From Phoronis australis (taxonomy: Eukaryota; Animalia; Phoronida), in NCBI GenBank assembly GCA_002633005.1, contig NMRA01000290.1, positions 312,748 to 376,747 on the forward strand: DNA of 64,000 nt, read 5' to 3'. Below the pieces are notes generated by a model. That model saw nothing but the letters and a program-made list of their open reading frames with translations. It was not told where the DNA came from and ran no database searches. Positions 27,101 through 42,100 of the stretch are shown piece after piece; positions within the stretch are counted from its first letter, which is position 1, and the number at the start of each line of letters is the position of its first letter. A program made the translations under genes and the position numbers.

Positions 27101-30100
27101 GGTAACACTAAGCAAATTTCATTCAGAGTCTGTTAACATTTTACAGCGACAAAGCTTTTGGGCAAACCAACAGCTGGTGAACACAAGATGGAAGTGGAAC
27201 AGAAAAGAAGCATGTGCAATAAGCGTATGACTGTGCTAAGCGGAATGAACACAAAATGGAAAGACAACAGAACGAAGATTGTAAGCATAAATAAAGAGTG
27301 GGGGGGGGGGGCTAAAAGTATGATAGATGCAGCAGAAAGCCAAAAGAACAAAGGCAGCAATTAAGACAGGATCATGCACTGTATATGGGATAGATGTGTA
27401 AGAATGCAAAATGGAAAATCAAGAGAATGTAAAGAATGAAGAGGTGACAGATGTAGCAGAATTCAAAACGGAATGCCAACAGAACAAAGTCAGCATCATA
27501 ATTATGTAAAGTAGATATTGTGGGTTAGGTGTGGAAGACCGCGTAAGGGAAAAACAGAACAATGATTGTAAGCATAAACAAAGACTGAAGTGGTGATGTA
27601 ATGTAGCAGAACTCAAGATGGAAAGCCAACAGAGCGAAGGTGGCAAACTTTGTACCGAGATAGTGTGGAATAGATATGAGAAAGAACATAAAATGGAAAG
27701 TCAACATTAACAGCTGAAGCTGGCAGCATGAAGAGTCATGTGTTAGGTGTGGCACAACTCAAGATCAAAGTCCAGCACAACACAGGCGGCAAGCCTCAAT
27801 CAAATACAAAGTGGTCATGCTGTGTGCTAGACTTTACGACGAGCTCTGGGTTCAAACGAACATCATTTTTTCCTTATGGGCTTTTCGCAACACTCGAGGG
27901 TATTGCCAGTTTACATGAATACCAACATGTTGTTGCGATGTAGGATGACGTAAGTTTCGTGTTTTACTTACAACAGATATGTGGACTCTGAAGAGGAAGT
28001 TGAGTGGCCACTGTAATATAACATCCAAGTTGAGTTTTACAGTGGATCATGAAGTCAACAAACACCCATAAAACCTCAGGGTCACACAGCTTTTACAACC
28101 ACTGTTTTCAATAAATTTGCAATTCACCCACTAGCTAGGCAGTACTATGACCACCGTATCATCAATACAAAATATCTTCTTAGACATAAAATCACATTAC
28201 CGACAAAAAAAGGTGTTTTCTGAGTATTTCAACCGTATTCAACTGGTAAAGGGCTTGATTTCAGTGACTATCTGACAGACATTGGTGAGAATAAGCCATT
28301 TGTAATAAAATCAATAAACACAAGAGATTTTGCTGCTTCTCAAATTCTCAGTTCTGGTCAAAGCAAATAAACCATCCAATAATAACGATCCCAAATATGT
28401 GTTATGCCCATTTTTAAAAAAAAAACAGTGCCGTGCTGGAAATGCTTATCCAAGTGAAAAACCAAATACTATCCGCCGGAGAAGGCAGAGAAAGTTAAGC
28501 ACAGGGGCAATTTCAAGCCATCGCCAACTATGGATGTCACCAATCCTCTGGTTGACCCATTAACCCTGAACTGGCTGAGATGTGGTGGTTGAATTTAGCA
28601 CCGACACCATCTGTAGATGGTGATAACTAGACACATTTCCCACAACTCACATTCCCCTACCAATACCTTATATGGCTTGCAGAAAGAAAAGGTCGAAGTT
28701 CAATAAGGTGGGTTGTGATAGATAAGAATAAGGCATAGATAAAGACACACAATGGGGACGTAAAGATTTTGGCAGGTATTAGATGAACGTGACTTGCTTT
28801 TTTAAAAGCTTAATATGTACTAAGTTGAAAAATGTGCAGCGGCACATCTTGCAAGTTTGACGCTGCAAAATATCACTATACTGTACTTTCAAACACAGCC
28901 CGTGATCTCACTTGCTTCCACTCTCAAATCACTAGCATTATGGAAAGCACACTTAAGGTGTAAAGTCACAGTCATGTGGGTTCTCATATAACCTACAAAT
29001 ACTGCAGGCCAGGTTAAGTAAAGGACAATTGTTCAGTGAAAGGGCGACACCAATTCATGTTTTGTGCATCTGAAACAAGTAAATGTCAACTACATTTTCT
29101 TAATTTTTAAAAAAAATTCTACAACGATCATAGGTTTTGTGAAGAGCAAATCAATTATGGTTGATCGATAGTGCGCCCAGAAAAACATTTTAAACTATGT
29201 AATGTGTTGTTTTTGTTCTGTTTTGTACAATGTACGTGGTTGTAATCTAGGTGTCGTGATGTTCCTCAAACTATGGTCACAATAGGAAACATTCCACATA
29301 CAGCACTTAAACATTGTGAGAGTAGAACAGAGATTTCTGTTTGATTTAATTTCAAATTCTGCCGGTCAAGATGGTCAGTTTTAATGAAGATGAAAAGCAA
29401 TTTTTGTCTTCACCACCCTTTAACAGCAATACATTGAACAATGGACATTATTACGCATATAACTTGAACATCCCACAACCGTCATTTGATGACAAGATGG
29501 TGATAGCAAAAATTTAAAAAACGCTATGAAATTCTACAGGTGGTCTGCATGTTTCCACACAAAATACTCTATCCTAATTTAGTGACCTAGCAAATTTCAA
29601 GACGTCCTCGGTATATGGGAATATGGATAATTGGTAAACAGTCTAATTTATATTATTTGTGTACCCGATTCAGGTTGTTTATTAGGCTAATTAGTCTCAT
29701 TTTAAGGATCAAAGCAGTAGTAACCAATTTTATGAGGTTAGAACAACTTTCCTCAGAGTGTATTTATTTTTCAAGAGCAATGTCATCACATTCTTATCCT
29801 TTGTTTGAAATGGGTTGCAAGAAATCAACTGGAAATGACCTGATGACCATACGCTTTCAGTGGCTGAAAATAACCACCTAGAAATCACTTCTTAAATCTG
29901 CGTAAGGAACAAGATGAGGCCGACAGTAAGTGTTCTAAATCAAGTTCTTTTTCATACAAAATGTGCGAGTTTAAACACCTTTAAATGAGACACATCTGCA
30001 CTAGCTGCATGTGATAGCGGCTCAAGGAAAACCAGATAAGTGAGTGCCTTGGAATAAAGAGTTAAAAGACTGGACAACAAACAAAAGCACTTGTGCAAAC

Positions 30101-33100
30101 CTACACTTGCAGTCGTGGAAGCACAAGGACGGTGTTTTTGGCATCGACCACCTTCTCTTCCGCCTGCTGTCGCCGTAGTCGATCGAGCTCTTTCTCGTGC
30201 TCAATCTCACAGAAGTAGTTAATAGCCTCCACATAGGTGGCAGTGCTGATGATGCCCTTATCCAGAGACTGTTCAAAGGTGACATTCAACGATTCAGGCG
30301 TTGCGTGCTTCTGAAATTATCAAAATAACAACCGTGTGACCATGCTGTATGTTTTTAACAGTTAACTTTTTTGGCATTTACGTAAACTTCTAAGATCGCT
30401 CACTGAGGAGCCTTTTGGACTAAATACATCTCCACGAAAATACTCTCATCAGGTTCAAACATTCCCTTCCGATGATTAAAAAATTCCTTTCAAGGCTAGT
30501 CACTTTTAACTCTCAGAGACCTTTGGCTTCAGAAGGTTTTATTAACTGCAACAATCACTTCACCCTCACTCCCTACCAGTATTTACAGCCGCAGTGTGGC
30601 AAACAGAATGGATTAATCTATCGCACGTGCAGGGGTTTGTTTCAATACTATTTTAAAAAATATATTTTGTCAAGCAGTACTACCTTCAGCTGGTATATGT
30701 AGACTACAGAAATATGGCGGAATCAGAAACCAATGTGGAAATTCTGATTAACATACGTAGCGGCTGCATTCCATATAATTAACTGAATTCACTTACAAAT
30801 ATGTCCTGCATATCATGTATTATTACAATATCTTGGAAATACAAAAATACTAAACCTTATGAGGATTACTAGTTATAATAAGTTCTTCACCCTAAAAATT
30901 AACATATGAATACAGGTCACGAAAAGCATATTCAACAGAGATGAAAAAACCTAGTGAAATGTAACAAAGTAGAGTTGCTGGCTAATAGTACAAAAAGATG
31001 TTTGCAAAATTTAAAAGTTAACTCAATGAACAAACTCAATCACTAGTAGTTGTGACAACGTGCATTATTTTAGTAAAAGTCATTTCATATCAATCACGGA
31101 CCTACAAGGGGGTGGGGTAGCATTATATGATCAAAAGTAATTTAAATATACAGTCACACAACAAAGTTCAACAATTTTATAGTTCACAACTTGATTACCG
31201 CTACGAAAACTTACAAATCAGCTGCCTGTTTCATCAAAGGTCGTGTACCTGGTTGTATCGAAGTCGTATGTGATTGCAAATGCAAGAAGTGTATTGACAG
31301 GAACACAACAGCACATAACAGCAGCTAAACGATAATTTGACTCCAATCCTTATTCACATTTATCAACTCTAACCATCTAAATGAAATACGTGTCAATAAA
31401 AAAATTAAACATACGACTGTAGCCCCTTTCATACCAATAGAGCATTTGACCCTTGATGAGACAGAATCCAGGCTTTCACACCCCAAAAACAGAAACTGAA
31501 ACATCCACGTACAACAAAAAGATGCAAGTCGTGTCGCAGTAAAAAAACATACGGCGACACTTCAAAGGATGTAAAATCTCACAAGTGCATACCTGGACCT
31601 GATTAAGAGCAATATCGTGCATGAGTTTGGAGATGTTGTTCACGTTCTGCAGCACCATTTTGTACCTATGTTGGTATGTATGCTACAGTGGAGAGAGGGG
31701 ACGGGAGAGAGAGAGAGAGAGAGAGAGAAGATGGGTTACATAAAGGACTACGACAGCGGGCAAAGGCTACACGATACACTAGAGGGAGACTGCGCATGCT
31801 CAACAACCAGCGTAACTGTAATGTTGGCAATGTGTAGCACCTTTTATATGAAATTCATTCTCAGAGCATCTGTACCCAACTAAATGTTTGATGAAATAGG
31901 TTGGGGACTGGTGGAAATGCCTTGAAAGCGACACTGTCCACGGTGACGGTGTTCTTACTCAGATTGCATTGTGCTTAGTCGGTTCCCCGTGGTGTGAAAA
32001 GGTCCTGTCTTTTTCATCGCGATTTTGCACTGGTCAGAAAAAATAATTCAAGTTTTGAAATAAGGAAAATGACATTCATCATTTTCTTTCACTGGACAAT
32101 GATCAGGGTAGTCGTCAGTGGTGGTACATCTTATTTGAATTGTCACACATTCATGACCCTCAAAAAGCATGCGCAGTCTCACATTAATACATAGAATGAC
32201 ATGATCACACGTTATCAAAAACACACTTTATGGTACAGGGAAACATATGGCATGATTATACCATGTTGAAGTGCCACTCAAATGTCATTGTGAGCAAAGG
32301 GTTTTTGACCCACCCTTCCACAAATCATGCCATTTCTTAAGAAATAAAAACAAGCACACAGGTGTGAACACGTTCAAACCCCAAAACACCAGATTTTTTT
32401 AGTTTGGGGAGCCTATTTACCAACTTGCCACATTGCTTTTGGCGCCTTGTGACAACCTACGCCGACCAACTTTCAGTACACTACTACATTTGGTAGTTCT
32501 ACTGAAGACTAATTCTAACCAGAAAAAAACGAGTGAGGGCCACGTTGTAGCCACTGGGGGGGTAATACAAAAGACGGCATTTCTGATTTTGAAAGTTGCC
32601 TAGCATAATGGGTCTTTTGTGGCTTAAACGTTACCAAACACAAACAGTGAGAAAAGCCCAAAAAGCACAATTCATTTGGTTCTGGTCGGTGAATTGATGC
32701 AGTGGTGTGGTATGTTTGGTGGCTTACTTTTTAAAAACAAAATTCACCCATTACCCACTAAAGTAATGCAGCAATGGTTGTTTTTAAAAACAATTCACCC
32801 AACTAATATCCTGAGGCAATGTCATTTTCTTTTTTTACAAAACTTCACCTAACATGTTGGTTTTTAAGTGGCATGCAGCTTCAAAAGTGATGTGGGTTCA
32901 GACCATAACCAATAGAATGCACCATGCTAGCAGATCATAAAAATGTTACAAAGAACACAATAAACACAGACATCTAAGCTATCATGCACCAACTGCAGAT
33001 TAAACAATATTTTGGAAATGACACACAATTAATCATCTAATCAGGCATTAACTGCATTAAAATATTTTGATAGCATTTAACTAAATCAAAAAAATTGAAT

Positions 33101-36100
33101 AATACTCAAAATTACCACAGGTGTACTATGAAATAAGACTGAATTTTTAGTTATTATGCAAGTGTGAAAAGTTGTGTAAAAATGGCATTTGTTCCAGGGA
33201 AAAACAAAAATCCATTAAAAGATAACATTTAGAAAATCAGAGGAATTTGTACAACACCTGGAAGTTCAACATATAAAAAATAATTATTTGTAGACGTTCT
33301 GGTACATGTTTGCAGGCCGCCCAGGTGAGCCCATTGCAAAGTTCAACATAAAAGTAAAATGTAAAAATAAATAATTTATAAAAGAAGCTGAAATTGCAAT
33401 CCATAAGTCGTTGGAATTTAGTTGAAAATATTAAGTTGTGAAAAAATATGCTGGTAGAGCTTTAATTACTGAAATCAATCAATCAATCAACAAATGTCTA
33501 CCTTGCCTGACAGTTGATACATGTTGAAAAACACATAGAGGTCTCTAGCAGCTAACTACAAGGGAACAGAGGTTGGTTAGTTCTACAGAGGAAATCACAC
33601 AGGGAAGGTTTACAAGGAAAGAATGTCAAACTTTTAGAGATCCCTTTAGTAATCACAAATGATCACTGAATCAGATTGATCAATGCAGACAGTCTCGTAA
33701 GCAAGTAAGACACTGAGCATTTAAGTTTTCTTACTTTTTTGATAACTACTGTTTAAAAAGGTAAGGTTGTCATGGTAACCTAAGTTTCATAAAACAACAA
33801 TTATTGTTTCATTCTTCAGCAATGAAACTTTTGATAACTTTCACAATTAATTTTCAGTGAAGCAGTCACTTTTCACAAGATGCCACTTTAAGATTTTGAT
33901 CTCATACTAGAAAACCATGAACAAACTTTGGTTGATTCACATTATTCACTTAGTTATCGTGGTATCACTCCATGTACGGTAAAAGGTTGGTTTTAATGTA
34001 TTTTTCGAAAAAAAAAAATTCACATTTTACCAGAGCAAAGAATTCAATATACGGTACTGAAATCTAAGTGATCTCAACATGACTGTGTGTGGCAACACAT
34101 CTCAACATGACTGTGTGTGGAAACACATCTCAACATGACTGTGTGTGGCAACACATCTCAACATGACTGTGTGTGTGGCAACACATGACAAGAATAGAGT
34201 GGCTTTTGCTGCATAAATGCTCTTTTGTCAATTTGAAATTCTTTCCTGGTTAAGGTTAAGCAAAGTGCACATTGGTTATTAAGACATGAGATCAAATGAA
34301 ACAATTAACTCTATCTAAGTTGCTGTTTGTCTGACTAGACACCGAAATGAACCAAGTAACCCTAACTAAAACAAGGTATTGAAAAGTTTGACTACTTAAG
34401 GTGTCAAGCATCAGTTAAATCAACCCAGTGGTAAACCCTAACTAATAGATGGTGTATAAGTGGCTGCATATTGGTAAACATGGATGCTTTCCATTAAAAG
34501 CAGGGGGTAACTATAAACAAAAACCCTAAAGTCTACATAGTTTTATCAACAAGTAGCACTATAAAAAACATGCCACAAACCTTAGTCTTTTCCTTCTTTA
34601 AAATACTTTTGTTAACACGTCCCGAGACTGCACTGCCCCGTTGAAGTTTCTCCATGGCGTCTTGGATGTGAATTTTAAACGAGGTTATCCACCTGGAAAT
34701 GATTTCATTAAGAATGAATGTCGGTCCACATGCGTAAATTTGGGCCTACTCACCAATGTCCAACACAGTATATTTTTTCAAAACAAGTTAATAAAGACAA
34801 AGACACTTGTGCCCAACCTTTAGACACACAGAGGTGCCTCCAGATTTCCTTTGTACACACTAGGTATATACAGGGCTCAGAATGACCAATGACACAAAAA
34901 GAGGAAAATTTTCCAGGTGATGCACCCATCATTCCACAAATGAACAGGCATGTGTGATAGAAATATTTTTTGTGTTGTAAAATTTAAGTGAAGTAAACAT
35001 TTTTGCATGAATAAAGTAAAAATAACAATAAAACTGATGAAAGGGGAGAAAACTAGGAATCAAATAAGAGAAAATCGAAACCAAGAAAGACGAAAATTCC
35101 AAGCCCTGATAGACCGGGTAGTAAACCAATTTTTGTCAACCCACATACCATTTTAATAACTTACGAGTCATGTAACTGCCCTTTAGTTTTGCTCAAGTAT
35201 TATAAAGGCGCATGTGCCCAAATTCAAATATAAGGGGTTAGAGCAGTTATACATTTCAGCAAAAGGAATTTCACCTTTTAGGAAGGCATTACATATGCAA
35301 TAGATTCCCAGTAGAACAAAGGCATGGAATGTACACCCACATTTTCTACTTCAGTGAAACAGTGAGGAGCTGAGAGAGTGAAAGATATTTCACAAATCTC
35401 TAACCGGGAATCGGATACAATACACTCGGATAACAACACGATGGCACAAGAAGCATAGTATCTTGATTATAATCTAGTGCAGATACCAGAGAGTAAACAT
35501 CGGCAGCGAGACAGACTTGTGAATTCATGTGTACAATGTTGCAGCAACAATGGCAAGACACTCGCATATCTCAGTGGAAATGAGTACAATCTATGCGTTC
35601 TCAAAAGAACATCTCAGGTTACTATGAAATTTGCCATTGTACCAAATCATAGCATTTTTTATCAATGACTTCTGGATCATTACCCTTTTGTTTCTATGTC
35701 ACCCTTTTAAGAAATTGAATACAGAGAGGCACCCTTTCATAGGAAAATCATTTGGAAAAGGCATAGTTTTGGTGTCCATGGAAAAAAACACCCATGTGAG
35801 CAGCAAGTCCCGTATGCACGACCAACTGAAGTAGCCCCTGACATGCATCCAGTAGATACAAACACAAAACACACCAAACGTTTACTGTAGACAACAAACA
35901 GTGTCCCTTATCACTCACTTTTCCAGCCACTGGCTACAGACTTTCTTGACCCTTACTTTCCTCTCTGGTCCCTCAATGCTCCATACGTCCCAATTATCCA
36001 TCTCCTTGGGAAAGTAGTCGTTGGGGTCATTGACACCCATGAAGTGGAAGATCTCCATACACAGTCGCCTTAGCTCCATGGAGCCATCAACAAACTGCGC

Positions 36101-39100
36101 CATCAGTTCCATAACAAACTCCTTAGTATTCAGTTGCATAACATTTAACAGATTTAGACACTCGATGATAAACTGGCCATCCAATGGATCACCAGAGGAG
36201 GGTGGGTTACGCGCCGGGTTGAGAGTCGCCAGTGTCGTCTTGATGACAGAGTTTCGTGTGTTATTCTCAAAAGTTTCCTCTTGGTACAATTTTTTGATTG
36301 CCCCCACGACTTGCGGTTTTAAGCTTCTGTCCGCCACCTGGACTAGCCGCAACAGCATTTGTACAAAAGCATCCACAGTCCATGGCTTGGGAAGAGTCTG
36401 AAAAGATCGGGGAAAAGTTGTTGTCTTTGCAAGTCGTAAGCTGGAGAGCTCCATACGCATATAAAGTATCAACAGTTTCTAATTGGACGAAAAGAACGAC
36501 TGCATTTTTTGAGCCACTTAGACAAATAACAATAAAGAAGAGAATGGCCATTAAAAAGCATCATGAACAAAAATTGCAACAAAACAAAATTATACAAAAA
36601 CGCCCCGAGCAAGGTTTGCATTGAAAACTTCATGATTGTGTTTATGAAGTGTGGATATCCTTATTATTCACCAGTGCCTCTATATCATTTGTGTTCTCTA
36701 GTACATCTTTCTAGGAAATAATTGCAAGCCTGTCATGTGAAAGCAATTTCAGCAATGAAAATGCCCCGTACAAAAAAGTTCGTGAAACTCCATTAACTCA
36801 ATATGTACTTATGAATGAAAACCATGAGACACCCCAGTCTATATTTCAAGCCGACGGGGATGAATGGAAACAATCTCATTACATTTACCGCGTAAGCATG
36901 GTGAGCACAAATTTGGACATTTATTAGAAGCATTACGGTATCTTGTAGCACTAGCAGCGTTACAACTGCACAATGCACACTCAGGTAATGGTTTGGCACC
37001 TTTAACCTCATGTAGGAAATAAAGCATTCGTGCATCCTACCTCAATTCAACATGAACAAAACAAGAACTATTACAATTCTAAATGACAACTTGAACACAA
37101 TTGTGACCATCCTACTACAGGCTGCCTTCCACTTGAAGAAGGCCAGGACATAACAGTAACCCAACTAGGAAACTCAGTGATCCTTTGAGGCTGCAGCCGC
37201 TGGCGCACATGGTGTATCAGGGATCTGGCACCACATGGTCGTTTAACAAATATACCCAACTGTCGCAACCTGTCATACATTTCCTGAGGAAAACAATAGA
37301 ACTAGAGATTTCTTTACTGTCATGGGAAAACAGGTTTGGAGGAAGTTTAAGAAGCACACATGTAAATCCAGTTTAAGCCACGCAACCACTAAGAGTTCAC
37401 TAAAAACTACTTTTCATTCCAATAAGCTATCTAAAAAATACAATAAATTAGAACTAAGGCTACTCATCTCTTCAAAATATGGATCAAAAAGTTTTCCGTA
37501 TCATGGTGAAACTATTCATGCTGCTACAAGGATTATCCAAGACATTTACGTCAAGAATTGTACTAGAAAATCACAAGGCTAACAAGTTGTTCCAAAATCT
37601 GATCTACTCAGACGGCGCATTTCGTGCATATTTATTATGCTTATACCTTCTCGAGGCTTAGCCGCCTACCATCCCAACGTTTGTACTAAAAAAATTACCA
37701 CATCGAACAATAGGCCAACGAAGTTTGAAATATATGGGCCAGTGAAGATCGAGATAATTCTACAATGCTTAGTCAGTGCATCACTCCGACTGAGGAATTT
37801 CAATACAAGGGAGCATACCAAAATACCTATTGCCCATGCATGGAGAAACCAGATGAGAAACGGCATTCTTGTGCCACACTGAGAAATTCGTTACAGCAGC
37901 TTCAACTCACATTATGGTTGCAATTTGGAAAGTACTTGTCAAACCACACTTCTCCCTTGAACTGCATGATAAAGTCAGGAACAGGCGTTGGCTCCCGGGG
38001 TGGAGGAGGGGTGGGTGTCGGGGGTGGGGGAGTTCGCTCCCTAGGCGGGGGTGGTGGCGGTCTAGAGACAAACTTGACGATGGGCCGCTGAGGCTTGATA
38101 ACTCTCTTTGCTTTGGGAGGCTCAGGCACCGGCTCCTCCTGAGGGGGCTCAGGAATCTAGAGAACGGATTGACCAATAGATGTCAGTAAGGGTAACAAAG
38201 TTCAAAAGTTAACAAAATAAATGCATTAATTGTTTATTAGAATGTGTTCAAACACAACCAAAACAAATGTTTGTCATAGACAGCAGATGCTATAGACAAC
38301 AGTCTCTGTCTGATGTTGGAATAAATGGTAATCGTTCTACATGACATTGATCATATTAATTTAGTGTGCGCAATACATAGCCTCAATTTAGAATACATAC
38401 CAGAACAACAAAGCCATTTGAACATATTAGAACATGACTGTTTCATAGGACACAAATCAGATTATATCAAATGCAAGACTGATAGTGTCAAAACAACACC
38501 TATCATAGATATGCATAACCATACCACTACTGCAATGTGTGTGTTTTCATTTTGAAAGTGTGCAAGCTTGTGCTCATTACAACAATGAGTGGTGACATTA
38601 AAACAAGCTGAAAATCAAAGACGGTAAGTAAATGTGAAAAATAAAAGTGCTGAAATACTGCTGCTGAAAATAGAATTTCAAATTTAACTCAAACAATGCA
38701 AACATAATGGGTGAATGGCTACCACTAGGTGGTGCTAGTGATGAAAAGGGACTAGAGTGTTGGTAACAAAATAAAAGGTCCCTGTGATCTGAATGCTTTT
38801 CTACAAGCAAAACTAATGTTTTATGTGTGCTACCAAGTGAATTTCGAGTTCAGCATTGACATAAATCGACACAACAAAATTGCCTGTAAAAGGACTTCAA
38901 AGAAATGGCCACATAATACAGACACACAAATAGTGCTAAAGTACACCAATTCTCAGGGAGGATAGACAGAATATTTCAATGACATCATAAGCAACAAAAA
39001 TGCAAACAAGCAAACAAAATTCAACATAACAAAAACAGCAACCTGATTCCTCTGAAAAACAGAAAAAATCATTTTTAATTAAATACAACACTTAGCTGTG

Positions 39101-42100
39101 GCTTTTATGGAAAACTCTTAACTTTAATACAAAATCACCCTATTAGATCTTTAATCTGACAGCTAGGAGTGTTTCAAGAAAGGCACCTTAAGTTGGCCGA
39201 AATTTGGACTTGCACTCCACACCACTATTTCTGAAAATAATAAAAATCTCACAAGAAAAAAGTGCTAAGTTTCCTAGAATATATATGTTACTGCTCAGAG
39301 GCAGTTTCTATAAATTATTTCTAGACTGTGATGAGGTCATAATTACTTGGCTAAACCTTTTTTCAGGTACTGTGAAGTGGAAGTGTGAGGCCAGATTTCT
39401 GTCTTCAAAATCTTAAGTCACTTCATGAAACAGACCCCAGGTCGTCTGTTGTGAAAACTACTTTTGGTTATAGTTTTATGTCAAGTACTGAGGACTAATT
39501 AACACTAAAAATATTGCTAAGGTTAGAAATGGTCTCACATGTCTAATGTAGAGATTTGATAGAATTTTAACAGGAAGACCAATTATGATCATTCCCAGAA
39601 TAAAAAACAACAACGCAAAAGGATGCTTCTACGTGACCAATGCACACAGTGAAGAAATCTCCACAATGGCAAAGCAGCAAAAAAAAGCTGTTACTCTGTT
39701 TTAAATACACCATGAAACACAACTTAGCAATACCTTTATCATGACCCCATCATCACGCAATGACATGCGGCTACGATTGCTCCGCGGCGACACAGAAGGC
39801 AGCAAAGTATGTTCTTCACTGAGAAATTCTTGTGTCTATAGGCGACAAGGGGAATAGGAAAAACACGACAAGAACACTTGAAGTTCACGTGCGATCAACA
39901 AAACTTAACAACACACTCCAAATCAGACCAGGCAATGTGCTAACTAAAAGTACATTTTCCTATCAAATTTAATCTAGCAGTAGGAAACCATCTCTCAAAA
40001 CTTTAAAGAAATTGCCCAGGTATCTTCTCGAGAAAAGCCCCGACTCATAGGTCAGTGACATCAACGATTTCATCATTAATATTTGACTAGAAAGATCCTG
40101 TTGCACCAAGCTCGATCTTGGAATGTCTAGCATGTGTCAACATCCTGACAAAGCAAGCTGGAAACAGACAGAAATGGGCAACTTTGGCTAAAAACAAGCC
40201 TTGAATATAACGCTGATCACAGGTTTGTTCTCGGACTATACCATGCTTTACTAGTCAATTCCAAATACCTGTTACTTTCATTTTCAAGATAGTACTTACA
40301 TGTACTTTGGTGTGATGGGACCCTAAGCCCCAAATACACACAGGCAATGGAGATTATTTTTCTTTTAACTGCATTGCTTAAACCTTGGCCACAAATGCTC
40401 GACTTACAAACTGGTGTCGGCCCTGTTTTTTTGCTATTTTGTATGGCCTCTTAAAGTGGCCAGTCCAAGAGAATACAGCGTTCCAATACCATTCCATCAG
40501 AGCGATGGTATTCTAAGATTTTTACATAGTACCCTTTACGAAAACCCTCTTTGCAGGGCGGACACATGGATGCCTTTCAAACAATTACTACGCAAAAGAT
40601 TTAATTGGATAGAGGTCAGTTGGTGATGTAAATTAGCCTCAAGCAGTTCTTGAGATAGCATTCATAGAAATGCTTCATGGTCAGAGATTCCTATGGCCTT
40701 CATAGGAACACTGGAATTGGTTCATAAGGAAATCATAAGGTGCTCATAAGGCAGAAGTACATAATTCCTGCATCTACATCTTTCTTAAAGGTATAAGCCA
40801 ACTGTGCACCATGCAAATTTTCTGTCGGTGCAAGGCTTTCAAAGAGAAAAAATCTGACATGGGACCCGAAGGGAAATGTGTATTTAGGGAAAGCCAATGA
40901 AGCAAGCAAAAACATCATCTGTTTCAATAAATTTTCGAGAAGATGAATCCGCAGACACAAAGAATTTTCAAGAGTTAAAGACAGCAGCCATTTCCCCAAT
41001 AAAATATGCCAAAGATGGAAGTAGTTTTTTACGAACGGCACCCGAGTCTCACAAGCTGAACATAGGGATACAACTGAAAAACATTAAAATTTTCTCATGA
41101 GTGCCTAAAGATGTTCCTGTGACTTAAAAAACAGCGAACCATTTTTTTAGAACACTGTAAGAGACTATGCCCCCTCCACAAGAGACCTCCCATCTTAGGA
41201 AGTTGTAGGAAGTGGGCGATTAATATGATCCCATTGTTTTTACAAATCTTTGTGACTGCAGCCTTAGAGAATAAGTGTTGTTGGCTTCACTAATATTTCA
41301 AATGCAAATTATTTATTTTTTAAAAAAGACGAGGAAAATTCAGAAATGTGGTAATTAGGCACAGTTGTCTACAAACAGCATGATTACAATTCAGGGAATT
41401 TCATCTACAGCGCTGCTGTCATTTTTTAAATGCATTGTGGGACTGTTGACGGCTCGTGACATCACAGATAACTTGAAACAATGACAGACAACAACAAGTG
41501 TCACTTGCGCGCACTCAAAATGAATGGGCGTGGGTACAATGCGACATACCTTTTAGTGTGTGTACGACTAAGCAACCATAGGACAAAAACAAGAGATTGC
41601 GAGTCTCAAAATTTGTCAAATAAATACTTGATAGATTTGGACTATCAAACTTAATCTTTTGTGAGAAAGATTCTCAAGCATGCACCATTCAATCACATCA
41701 AACACAAAAACCTATAAATCAGTCCGTAGGTTATCTACGGTGTCACTGTAAGCTAATGAGCCGACAACCATCACGCACTTGAAATAAGACAGCAGCACCC
41801 TAGATGAAATCTCCTAAATTCGGTGAGCCACTTTTACTTGGGAACCCAAGAGAGCCAAAGCAAATTAGAAACTCCAAACTGACAGCCTGAAGTGCCGAAG
41901 GAAAACCCAATAAGACAGCACGAACAGTATTTCTATATCACCTTCAGCTAATAGATTTTTGTTCACAAAGTTTTACCTAAGAGAAACATATTTGTCTACT
42001 GGAATTGATGATGCAGTGAAAACAGCATGTGTATACTTTTAAGGCTATTTCAGAACATACGATACCAAGTGTAACAAAAACAAACAAAAGATCAACAGTA

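Noticed and set aside
34071-34186. CRISPR-like 28-bp repeats
   Set aside because: The units are contiguous with no unique spacers, there are no cas genes, and the context is a eukaryotic intron.
36021-36624. Plus-strand ORFs of 108-126 aa
   Set aside because: Antisense shadows of, or overlaps with, the real minus-strand exon 36397-35919.
39043-39051. 9-nt micro-exon (RNQ)
   Set aside because: Strong acceptor but weak donor (gttgct); easily chance.
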